Assembly: GCA_038087875.1 (NCBI GenBank)
Contig: CM075982.1
Span: forward strand, 50,592,001 to 50,656,000
Source: Malacoraja senta
Taxonomy: Eukaryota
Direction: 5' to 3'
Length of the DNA: 64,000 nucleotides
Shown: positions 53,895-64,000 of the stretch, one piece after another
How the letters are laid out: every line of letters begins with the position of its first letter
How positions within the stretch are numbered: position 1 is the stretch's first letter
Notes under the pieces: model-generated
What the model was told of the DNA's origin: nothing
Databases searched by the model: none
Seen by the model: only the letters and a program-made list of their open reading frames with translations
Position numbers and translations under genes: made by a program

Positions 53895-54485
53895 CTTCTA
53901 CTTCCCCAAGAGGCTGAGGAAATTCAGCATGCCTCCGATGATTCTCACAAACTTCTACAGATGCGCCATAGAAAACACGTTGCCACATTGCATCACAGCT
54001 GGGTTTGGAAACAGCTCGGCTCAAGACCGAAAATACCATAGGTTGCAGATGTAGCCTAGTGCATCACACAGACCCAGACTTCCCACCATTGACTCCATCT
54101 GCACTTCACATTGCCTCAGAAAAGCAGCCAACGTTATCAAAGACCACCCCAGTCATTTGTCCTCTGCTCCCGTCCTGCAGAAGGCACAGAAGCTTGAAAT
54201 TGTGCACCATCAGACTCAGATACACCTCTACCCCTCTTTTAGCAGACCTCGGAATGGTTCTTCCAAAAGCTAGGGTACTGTCATATTCATCTCTATGTGG
54301 ACATTGAACTTTGTCTATAAAACTGAAGCACTATAATGCTGGGAACTATACATCTTCCCCTCATATCTATTGCACTCGAGTTTGAGTTCTTGTATTTACA
54401 TACGGTCTCTCTGCTCAGTTTCGATTTCATACAAAGCAAAGCTTTTCACTTTACCTCAGTACATGTGACAATAATAAACCTAAAT
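53895..54485 (+). mobile_element. Rex1/Babar-like LINE 3' fragment (similar near 9290-9570, 18930-19190(-), 41640-42028, 48620-48970)
   Basis: Encodes the decayed ...PLLPSCRRHRSLK...TIRLR C-terminus, followed by the 3' end ...gtacatgtgacaataa. Confidence 0.6.
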
Positions 54486-54548
54486 CTAATTTTAAAGCAA
54501 TCTTTCAGATGAAAAGAGGACTGGAAGGAGGTAGCTCTGAGAACTTAC

Positions 54549-54622
54549 AGTTTGCAGATATCTGTGAAATTCACAAACGATGTCTTCTTGGTTCCCACTC
54601 TGACCACTTGAGGTGGTTTCAT
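54549..54622 (-). CDS. EIF2S2: EIF2S2 exon 6, visible 3' part (5' part lost in the N gap)
   Basis: MKPPQVVRVGTKKTSFVNFTDICK(L), donor CT|GTAAGT; runs directly into Ns at 54623. Confidence 0.95.
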
Positions 54623-54822
54623 NNNNNNNNNNNNNNNNNNNNNNNNNNNNNNNNNNNNNNNNNNNNNNNNNNNNNNNNNNNNNNNNNNNNNNNNNNNNNN
54701 NNNNNNNNNNNNNNNNNNNNNNNNNNNNNNNNNNNNNNNNNNNNNNNNNNNNNNNNNNNNNNNNNNNNNNNNNNNNNNNNNNNNNNNNNNNNNNNNNNNN
54801 NNNNNNNNNNNNNNNNNNNNNN
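54623..54822. other. Assembly gap (exactly 200 N)
   Basis: Run of 200 N, a round placeholder length. Confidence 0.99.
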
Positions 54823-55549
54823 GGCCCTTTGGCCCACCAAATCCATGCTAAGCATCGAGCAACCATTCACACTAGTTTTATGTTATTCCACTTTCACATC
54901 CGCTCCCTGCACACTAAGGGCAATTTTCAAGTTTGCGGATGACACAAAGCTCTGTGGTAGTGTGAGCTGCGAGGAGGATGCTATGAGGCTGCAGGGTGAC
55001 TTGGATAGGTTGGGTGAGTGAGCAGATGCAGTATAATGTGGATAAATGTGAGGTTATCCACTTTGGTGGCAAGAACATGGCAGATTGGCATGCATTGTGC
55101 TGTATTGGCAACAAGCATTTCACTACACCTATGGTGTATGTGACCAATAAATAACCTTTGAACCTTTGAGATTATTATCTGAATAGTGTCAGATTAGGAA
55201 ACGGGGAGGTGCAACGAGATCTGGGTATCCTTGTACATCAGTCACTGAAAGTAAGCATGCAGGTTCAGCAGGCAGTGAAAAAAGCTAATGGAATGTTGGC
55301 CTTCATGGCGAGACGATTTGAGTACAGGAGCAAGGAGGTCCTACTGCAGTTTCCACAGGGCCCCGGTGAGACCACACCTGAAGTATTGTGTGCAGTTTCG
55401 GTCTCCTAATTTGAGGAAGGACATTCTTGCTATTGAGGGAGTGCAACGTAGGTTCACCAGGATGATGTAACTGACATATGATGAAAGAATGGATCGACTG
55501 GGCTTATATTCACTGGAATTTAGAAGGATCACAGGGGATCATAGAAATA

Positions 55550-57721
55550 CTAGACTAAGTGGGACCCGTTGGGTCACACGAGAGGCCTGGTCCCCCAACG
55601 CAACCCGTTCCAATGCAATATTCCACCACTCACCCGTTCCCCCAAAGCAATATTTCACCACTCACCCATAGTCCCCAACTCTGCAGGCGCAGCTCATTTC
55701 CTCACCCCCCAGCACTCCCTCCCCATCTCTTCTTTCCCCTCACCTCCTCCCCTCCCTCTCCTTCCCCCTACCCCCCTCCGATTCCTCTATCCCCCACTCA
55801 CCTCCCCCTATACCTCACCTCCCCCACTGTCCTCCTTTCCCTCTATTCCCCACTCCCTACCTCCCCCACTCTATTCCGCCTCCTCACCCACTCCCTCCTC
55901 ACCTCCCCCCCCTCCCTCCCTACACCCCCCTTTTCCTCCCTACCCCCCCCCCCCTCCCCCCCTACCCCCTCCTCTCCCTCAATCCCCCGGAGCAGCAGCA
56001 GCCATCAGCCTCAGCGCCCAGGCCTCGGATCCTCGGCATGGCCTCAGCCGGCCGCCGCCACCACCCTCAGCGCCCAGGCCCAGGATTGTCGCGTGGCCTC
56101 GCCCCGTCCCCGGAGCCGGCTGCCAGCCTCAGCACCCAGGCTGGATCGTCGGCGTGGCCTCTCGCCTCTCCTCCTCGCCGCTGCGATCTCAATTCTGGAA
56201 AGGCCCCAACTGCGCAGGCGCGGCTGAGGACCCGTTGGGTGCCCTTTGCGACACTAGTAAAGACGCGCACGGGAACTCTCCCCCAACTGCGCGTGCACGT
56301 TTTTTAAGGTTTTTAAACCTTAATAACTTTGAAAATATACCATTGATCTGAACAAAGCTTGTTGCATTTACAGCACAGGACAATGGTGAGTAAGGTGGGG
56401 GGAGGGAAATTTTAGCGCTGTTGTGTACCGTTTTTGTGCAAATAGAAAAACAACTCAAACCTGCAGATAACGAGATGAGAGTTTTATTTATATATATATA
56501 TTTATTATACTAAAACTATTCCCTTTGTTCTTAACATTCTAAATGTCTGTGTGAGCCAGGGTTACGTTGGCTTTCTTTTAATCTCCTTAATTTGGATCTT
56601 CTTTCAAAGGCTTGGCCACAGCTTTCCCATTTTCACACATGCTACTCACATTTTCTCCGCCGACAGGATACATATCTTCCCGTCGCATTTCAACCTATAT
56701 TTCTCGTTACTAAACTTTTAAAAACAGCTTCAAAATATTAAAGTTTTTTAAGTTCTAATTTTGAAGAATTTACGACTGACGTCACAATCAACTCCCAAGG
56801 CATGATGGGACACTCCGCGCAGGAGGGGCACTCAAGCGCTCAAAACATTCAAAATCCGACTGACGTCAGAACGGAACACTCCGTGCAGGAGGGGCACTCA
56901 AGCTCTCCAACGACATTTCCAACATTTAAGTTCTAAAATTCAACTTCCCCATTGCAAATGTTGCTTTTTTTAAACACTTCGCTATTGCATTGAATGACAT
57001 TTATTTTAAAACAGTTGTGATTTAAAAAAGACCACAATTTGATCACGTTTTATTTTACAAGAGTTGAATTTGTAAAATACTTCGCTATTGCATCGAATCA
57101 CATGTATTTAAAAACTGTTGGACTATTGCATTGAATCACATTTATTTAAAAACACCTGGATTTAATACGTTGCATTTTAATTATTACTTCACGTTTTTAC
57201 ACATAATTTAGACTGCCCGGACATGTTCGCCCCCCCTCCACGGCTCCTCTTGGACCCGTTCGGCCCTGCATGGCTCCTCTTGCACTCACATGCTTGACTC
57301 CGCTCGGATCTGTTCTGCCCCACTCGCTCGGCTCCACTACCCCCCCCCCCCCCCCCCCTCAGACCAGCTCCATCGGCTCCGCTTGAAGAGGCGAGGGAGG
57401 GATTGGGGGAGTGGAGAGGAAAAAATCCTGGGGAGTCGAGCAGGGGGTAGGGAGAGTTGTTCAAATGTCTACACTCCCTCTCTGCTCCCCCCCCCCCCCC
57501 CTCTCTAGGGAGTGGTGAGTATTGGGACCTTTGGGTGAGTGGTGGAGTATTGCGTTTGGGGACCAGCCCTCCCCTGTGACGCCGCATTATAATATTAATA
57601 TAATATCAAGGGGGGAGGGGGAGTTAGTGCCTGTGTAAGGGGGGTGGTTAGTGTGTGTGTGTGTGACGCCCCCCCCCCCCCCCCTCACGTTGAGGGGACG
57701 TCTCACTTGGTCTAGTATAGA
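55550..57721 (-). mobile_element. Non-autonomous Helitron-like element (outer; 55550-56500 plus 57716-57721)
   Basis: Minus strand begins A|TCTATA and ends CTAG|T; hairpin GTGGGACCC-GTT-GGGTCACAC (55559-55579) next to the CTAG; no TSD; A|T target. Confidence 0.75.
56501..57715 (+). mobile_element. Non-autonomous Helitron-like element (inner, opposite orientation)
   Basis: Starts A|TTTATTATACTAAAACT (expected TC is TT); ends with perfect hairpin CCCCTCA-CGT-TGAGGGG (57681-57697) then CACTTGGTCTAG|T; internal tandem repeats. Confidence 0.72.
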
Positions 57722-59138
57722 TATAAAATTCTTAAGGGATTGGACAAGCTAGATGCAGGAAAAATGTTCCCGATGTTGGGGGAGTCCAGAACCAGGGATC
57801 ACAGTTTAAGAATAAGGAAAAACGTTTCCACCCGGAGAGTTGTGAATCTGAGGAATTCTCTGCCACAGAAGGCAGTGGGGGCCAATTCACTGAATGTATT
57901 CAAGAGAGAGCTAGATATAGCTCTTAAGGCTAACGGAATCAAGGGATAAGAAGAGAAAGCAGGAACGGGGTACTGATTTTGGTTCATCAGCCATGATCAT
58001 ATTGAATGGCGGTGCTGAGTCAAAGGGCCGAATGGCCTGCTCCTGCGCCTATTTTTCTATGTTTACAGAAGGCCAATTAACCTACAACCCCGCACATCTT
58101 CAGATGTGGGAGGAACCCAGAGAAAGCCCAAGCGGTCACAGGGAAAACATGTAAACTCCACACAGAGAGCGCCCGAGATCATGATCAAACCCAAGTTTTC
58201 TGTGCTGGGAGGTAGCAGCTCTACCAGCTGCGTCATTGTAAAAATAAGGGGTCGCCCTTTAAGACAGAAGAGGTGAAATGTTCTCTGAAGATGGCGAGTC
58301 TTTGGAACTTGCTTCCTCAAAGGCAGTTTAGGTAGGGTCACTAAATACCCACGGCAAAAGGGGACATTCTTCATAACAAGAGTGTGAAAGGGTTACTATG
58401 GGCAAATGGGTTTGCAAAGCTGAGGTTACAATCTTGTTAGTTTATTAAAATGACAGAGCAAACTTAAGGGGCTGAGTGGCGTACTCCTAAGATACATGGG
58501 GAAATTGTGCTCTATGTCAGAGTTGTTCCGACAAGGTCAGCAGGAGTAATAAGTTGATGCAATGGGATGTAATTCAATGACTCAGTGACAGGCAGAGGCA
58601 GCACTTGGTGGGAAAACCATCATGAAAATCAACAGCAGGGGAGGACACAGGGTCAGTGGTGAAGGATACAAAACCAGTCTCAGTCTCAGTGATGTATGAT
58701 ATGCAAAAGCTGAGAGGTGGGGGCCGATAGTTGCTGTTTTGATGAACTAAATAGTTATTTGTAAATACATCAGTGAAGGGTTTATGCAAAACACAAGGTA
58801 CTGGAGGAACACAGCAGGTCAGGCAACATCTGTGGAGGGAATGGACAGGTGACGTTTTGGGTCAGGACCCTTCTTCAGACTCCAACACTTTTGTGTTTTG
58901 ATTGAAAGATACAGCATGGAAACAGGCCATTTGGCCCATCGAGTTCATGCCGACCATCGATCACCCGTTCACAAAAGTTCTGTTATGTCACTTTCTCATT
59001 CACTTCCTACATACTAGGGGCAGTGTAGGGGCTTCCCCTGAAGAAATATTCCTTCCTAACCTTCATTCCATCAGACGTGAAGACAGAAAAGATAATAAAA
59101 AACACGTCCTCACATAGTTAACCAGTATGTATTTTTAC

Positions 59139-59239
59139 CTCGTCGTAAGTATAGTCTCGTTCTGATCCAGCCCACGCTGGCCCAGTCGTGGAGAAGAAAG
59201 TGATACCATCATCTCTTTTGCTTTCATCTTCATCGATTA
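59139..59239 (-). CDS. EIF2S2: EIF2S2 exon 5, 101 nt
   Basis: (I)[33 protein letters not shown] with canonical AG/GT boundaries. Confidence 0.95.
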
Positions 59240-60751
59240 CTGAGGAAATAAATCATAACTTTGTGAGAGAAGGTGGGAGAATGGGTTTAAGAGGGAAAGA
59301 TAGATCAGCTGTGATTTAATGGCGGAGTAGACTCGATAGCCCGAATGGCTTAATTCTGCTCTTATGACCTATGAACTTATCTCCCTGCAACCTTTAACAT
59401 CATTACTAATCGAGAACCTGTCACTCTCCGCTTTATGTTGTCTCCGGATCATGTGCATGCAGAGAACGGTCACAATCTGAAACATAACTTATCCATGTTC
59501 TCCAGGAATGCTGCCTGACATGCTGAGTTACTCCTGCACTTTGTGCCTTTACTTCGTAAACCCGCATCTGCAGTTCTGTGTTTCTACAGAGGTGATTAGT
59601 TTATCTTGGGATGTTTAGCACAGATATTGTGGGCCGAGGGGCCTGTTCCTGTACTGTACTTTCTATGTTGTAAACTTAAGGGGAAAATGCATTAAAAGCC
59701 AGTCTTCATTCTGATCTTGATTCAATCACAGGGCTGCTCTAGGTAAGCAGGGTTCAGGCAATTGCTTCTTAGCCTCAATATCTCCAGCTTAAAAGAGAAT
59801 AAAACGCTGAGGATCTTTACTGGCACCTGTTTGCCAGATGATGCTGGAGGAGTTTTGTGTGGGTATTTACATGGCATGGACCAGTTGGCTTGATACTGCT
59901 ATGATACTGTCATTTCACGTACATGTACAAATGCAGGAAATCAGTTACACATGCTGTGATTACAGTAATCTGCTGGTGGCCACAATCAGACAAAGAAAAT
60001 CCAAACTAACAATACCTCTCCCGGCAAACTAATGCTTTTGGGAAGAAAGTTGAAGGAAACCAAAGCCAATGGAATGGTTTATTTGATTCTAAATAGTTAA
60101 ATGTAATAAATTCCATTTGGCTCATCAGAAGTGGCTGTGTGCTTCAAATTACATATGGAGCCTCGGGTTCAAACAAAACCCAGTATTTATATGAACAATA
60201 TATTGAGAAATCCAGTTTATTAAATTGCCAGGCAACAATTTTAAATCTGCATTACTCTTCAATATCCAAAGTTTAAAGGTTTTGGCTCAGTACTTTTATA
60301 TTTTATATTTTACAACATCAGGCACTTTAAATACATAATACCTACATTATTCTAGTGCAGACGTTGCCAACAATTATGTAGCACTTAAAATATTTTGATG
60401 ACTGTTTCTTGCAGCTGTTTACGAGCATCAAGTATGCAGATTTCCAGGAACACTTGTCACTAGGAGTCAGAGTCTGCAGCACAGAAACAGGCCCTTCGGC
60501 CTAACTGTACCGATGCCCCATCCACATTTATCCCACCTGCCTGCCTTTGGCCCATATCCCTCCAAACCCATCCTATCCATGTACCTGTCCAAACGTATTT
60601 TAAATGTTATAGTACCTGCCTCAACTACCTCCTCTGGCAGCTTCTTCCATATACCTGTTGGGACAAAGTTGCCTCTCAGGCTCCTATTAAATCTTTCTCC
60701 TCCTCCTTAAATCTGTCCTCTTGTTCTTGATTCTTGTTCTTGTTCCAAATA

Positions 60752-61016
60752 CAGGTTGAAACTCTTGGGCTCAGTATTCTGAGGTCTGGCAAGATTAGAA
60801 TGTAGTACAGATCTGTCCCATTTAACTAATTCAATCCAAGATCTAACTGAGATCGAACATTAACTTTTAAAAGAGAGACAAGGAATTACAAATGTTGGAA
60901 TCTTGAGCAAAACACAGTGGTAGTGGAACTCAGCAGATCGGGCAGCATCACTGGAGGGAATGGACAGGTGGCAATGTGGGCCTGGACCCTTCTTCCGACT
61001 GGAAAGGCTCAACCTG
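60752..61016. mobile_element. Tigger-like MITE interrupted by a Penelope-terminus fragment
   Basis: TA|CAGGTTGA ... TCAACCTG|TA. Confidence 0.65.
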
Positions 61017-61038
61017 TATTACATTCCACATCTTTATC

Positions 61039-62077
61039 TAGCAATGTTACAAAATTTTGAGATTTTAAAAATAAAGTCTGCAATCTATCCCATCAGATAA
61101 CGCATAAAAAGAAGTTTAATTTGACACCTAATTCACTTTCATATCTTCAGTATTAAAGAAGTTATGGCCATTTTCATACTCGGAAATTAGCATCTTGTTC
61201 CCTATTGCTTTTCCATTGACTTAACACAAAAGCTGTGATCGAGGACAGTTAAAAGCCCATAACTTTCTTAAAAATTAAGATAACTGAAAGAAATTTTCAG
61301 TTATTATAGATTGAAGCATTCTGAAACAAATATGAAACAATCTTACTTAGAAGACATGAAAGTAAAGCATATAATTAGTTAGTTACCTAATTGTAGCTAA
61401 TTACAAAATTCAATTACTAGATCTAAACATCTATCAATTTCTTAAGAATAGATTAACATTTTTAAATAGCCTAAGTGTCCAAATAACATTCACACAATAA
61501 TTCACAATATAACATAATTTGTAAATCTCATTTTCATGAATTTACAGGCCAAATGGAAGGAATTGAATGTTTAATACCTGTAAATTAATGGGCATTTAAA
61601 TCATCTTGTGTGAGGATTTCTGGAACGCGATCTTTTGCAACGTTCATTTACGGTGAATTTAACCCCGTATTGGCATGAAAAATACTGCCGTTAGTTCGGG
61701 GAATAAAATTACCGTGTCGCATGAAAAAATGTGAATTAAAGGCTTCTTAAGAAGCACTTTTATACATTTAAAGAAACCACTTTCGTTTACCTGTCCCGTG
61801 TGTGAAATCCGTCCCCGTTATTGGCGTTGACGCTTCAGGAGCTGCTTTTAAAATTACTCCAGCGCTGACATTGACGATTTAATAAAAATAAAAAATTCAC
61901 AAAACGGCGCTAGGAACTATTTGTCAGCAAACGCTTGTACTCGAACTAAATATAATTCAGGACAAGGGAGGAGAAACAGCGTTTTAACCCCGACCCCCCC
62001 TTAAAGGCGCCAAAATCGCGCACACGGCCAGTGGCAGAATTACAGCGCGACTGAAGGTAAGTTTTGTAACATACCTA
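61039..62077. mobile_element. TIR DNA transposon derivative (TAG...CTA ends, hAT-like)
   Basis: TIR TAGCAATGTTACAAAA / TTTTGTAACATACCTA; direct repeat ctttatc on both sides. Confidence 0.8.
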
Positions 62078-62464
62078 CTTTATCAATGGGGCTCTGTATA
62101 CCCACTGCAAACCAAGGTTTTTACAGTTTAGTTTACACATACAGCATGGAAACAGGATCTTCAGCCCACAGAGTCCACGCCAACCATCGATAACCCATTC
62201 ACACTAGTTCTACTTTATCCCATTTTCACATCCACTCCTTATATGGATGTGTGAGGAAACCAGAGAAAACCATATGGTCACGGGGGGAAAGTGCAAACTC
62301 CACTCGGGACAGCACCCAAGGTCAGGATCAAACCCTGTGCTGTGCTTTAGTGCTGTGAGGCAGCGGCTTTACCAGCTGCAACACTGTTTTACCCAATGCA
62401 TTTGTCAGCTGGGGGATGGAGAGGAAGACCATCGATCGACAACTTCTCAAGGTGAAATACTCAC

Positions 62465-62600
62465 TGCCTTCTGTCCACTCATTTATTTCCTCATCCTCGA
62501 AGGTGACAGGTTTTGGTTTCTTCTTTCTCATCATGCTCATGTCAAATGCATCGTCATCAGCTTCTCCCTGCTCAGGCATCTCATTTTCAATCTTCAGATC
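62465..62600 (-). CDS. EIF2S2: EIF2S2 exon 4 (third lysine box), 136 nt
   Basis: Minus strand ttag|GAT: DLKIENEMPEQGEADDDAFDMSMMRKKKPKPVTFEDEEINEWTEG; donor A|GTGAGT. Homologous to human DLKIESD...KKKKKKNVKFPDEDE. Confidence 0.9.
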
Positions 62601-62825
62601 CTAAGAGTGTCAAAATTTCCATAAATTAAACACCTCCATTGCAAAGGAAACACTGATCAAAAGAGCTTTGGTTTGGTAGCAACTACTTTTAAATATATTC
62701 TCTCAAACGAGGATAGAGAATCTTAGGAAAAACTGCGAGCGATGACATTACTGCTTATCAGCAGCCTGCATGTAACCAGAATGCAACTTTAAAAGAACAG
62801 ATTACAATAGATAACAATAATGGAT

Positions 62826-63815
62826 GGTACACAAAAATGCTGGAGAAACTCAGCGGGTGCAGCAGCATCTATGGAGCGAAGGAAATAGGTAACGTTTCGG
62901 GCCGAAACCCTTCTTCAGACTGATAGGGGATGGGGAGAAGAAAGGAAAAAAGGAAAAGGCGGAGGAGGAGCCCGAGGGCTGGGGGAGGGGAGGAGACAAC
63001 CAGATGGCTGATGAAGGGGAGGGGACAGCCAGGGCTAGCAGAATTGGGAGAATTCAATGTTCAGGCCACCAGGATGTAGACTGCCCAAGCGGAATATGAG
63101 GTGCATTTCCTCCAATTTACGGTGTTGCTCGCTGTGGCCATGGAGGAGACCCAGGACAGAGAGGTCAGATACGGAATGGGAGGGGGAGTTGAAGTGCTGA
63201 GCCACCGGGAGTTCAGGTTTTCATTTGACTCCTCCCATTTCCTCCAAATACAAGGCGTAGCTATGGGCACACGCATGGGCCCCAGCTACGCCTGCCTCTT
63301 TGTCGGGTACGTAGAACAATCCTTGTTCAATGCGTACCAGGGCCCCATCCCCGACCTCTACCTCCGCTACATCGATGATTGTTTTGGCAACCTGAACTCC
63401 CGGTGGCTCAGCAATTCAACTCCCCCTCCCATTCCGTATCTGACCTCCCTGTCCTGGGTCTCCTCCATGACCACAGCGAGCAACACCGTAAATTGGAGGA
63501 AATGCACCTCATATTCCGCTTGGGCAGTCTACATCTTGGTGGCCTGAACATTGAATTCTCCCAATTCTGCTAGCCCTGGCTGTCCCCTCCCCTTCATCAG
63601 CCATCTGGTTGTCTCCTCCCCTCCCCCAGCCCTCGGGCTCCTCCTCCTCCGCCTTTTCCTTTTTTCCTTTCTTCTCCCCACCCCCTATCAGTCTGAAGAA
63701 GGGTTTCGGCCCGAAACGTTACCTATTTCCTTCGCTCCATAGATGCTGCTGCACCCGCTGAGTTTCTCCAGCATTTTTGTGTACCTTCGATTTTCCAGCA
63801 TCTGCAGTTCCTTCT
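62826..63815 (+). mobile_element. Penelope-like element remnant: inverted terminal segment + RT fragment + GIY-YIG C-terminus + 3' terminus
   Basis: RT motifs LQIQGVAMGTRMGPSYACLF and YLRYIDD (63220-63388); PVAQQFNSPSHS...RKLEEMHLIFRLGSL...GLNIEFS; arms 62826-63219 and 63389-63785 are inverted copies. Confidence 0.9.
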
Positions 63816-64000
63816 TTAACAATAATGGCTGTTGCTTTTTCCATGATCCAAATGCCTTTAAAGATGTGGTGTTCGCCCAAAAACGTCATAGAAACGTCAT
63901 AGAGCCAGAGAATTACAGCTCAGATCCATTTTGAAACCGTGTCGGAAGGAACTGCAGATGCTAGTTTATACCAAAGATAGACACAAAGTGCTGGAGTTAC

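Larger units (their letters stand above)
54926..58063 (+). mobile_element. Truncated CR1 LINE split by insertions (CR1 parts 54926-55549 and 57722-58063)
   Basis: KFADDTKL... continues across the insert as atagaaata|tataaaattcttaaggg. Also carries an 82-nt insert (55087-55168) with an agatt TSD. Confidence 0.88.

Noticed and set aside
55559-56351. 222- and 260-aa Pro-rich ORFs
   Set aside because: Low-complexity C-rich interior of the Helitron-like element; no domain recognisable.
55548-57717. Single MITE with TA TSD and CTAGAC TIRs
   Set aside because: The stranded 'tataga', the two subterminal hairpins and the TSD-free restoration of the host CR1 fit two nested Helitrons better.

Overview
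Eukaryotic, repeat-rich vertebrate DNA. Its repeat content (HE1/V-SINE-type tRNA SINEs, CR1 LINEs, Penelope-derived palindromes) points to a cartilaginous fish, probably a skate or ray (inference). Two convergent spliced genes can be rebuilt exon by exon. RALY (+) has 7 coding exons at 14699-24728, encodes about 287 aa, and ends in a 3'UTR exon from 25419. The 3' part of EIF2S2/eIF2-beta (-) has exons 4-9 at 62600-39515, with exon 6 cut by a 200-N assembly gap. The rest is mostly transposable elements: a near full-length CR1 (esterase ORF1 + EN/RT ORF2), truncated CR1s, Harbinger/hAT/TcMar MITEs, two Helitron-like elements nested inside a CR1, and a Penelope fragment folded into a ~395-bp inverted repeat. 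The top finding is a 139-nt retroposed element at 7572-7710 (-). It has a target-site duplication and a (GAA)n tail, and its first 54 nt form a complete, minimal HDV/CPEB3-type self-cleaving ribozyme fold starting exactly at the insertion's 5' boundary, i.e. a candidate ribozyme-headed SINE. Hammerhead-like cores from Penelope termini are also scattered through the window. All structural calls were made by eye; none has been tested computationally or experimentally.
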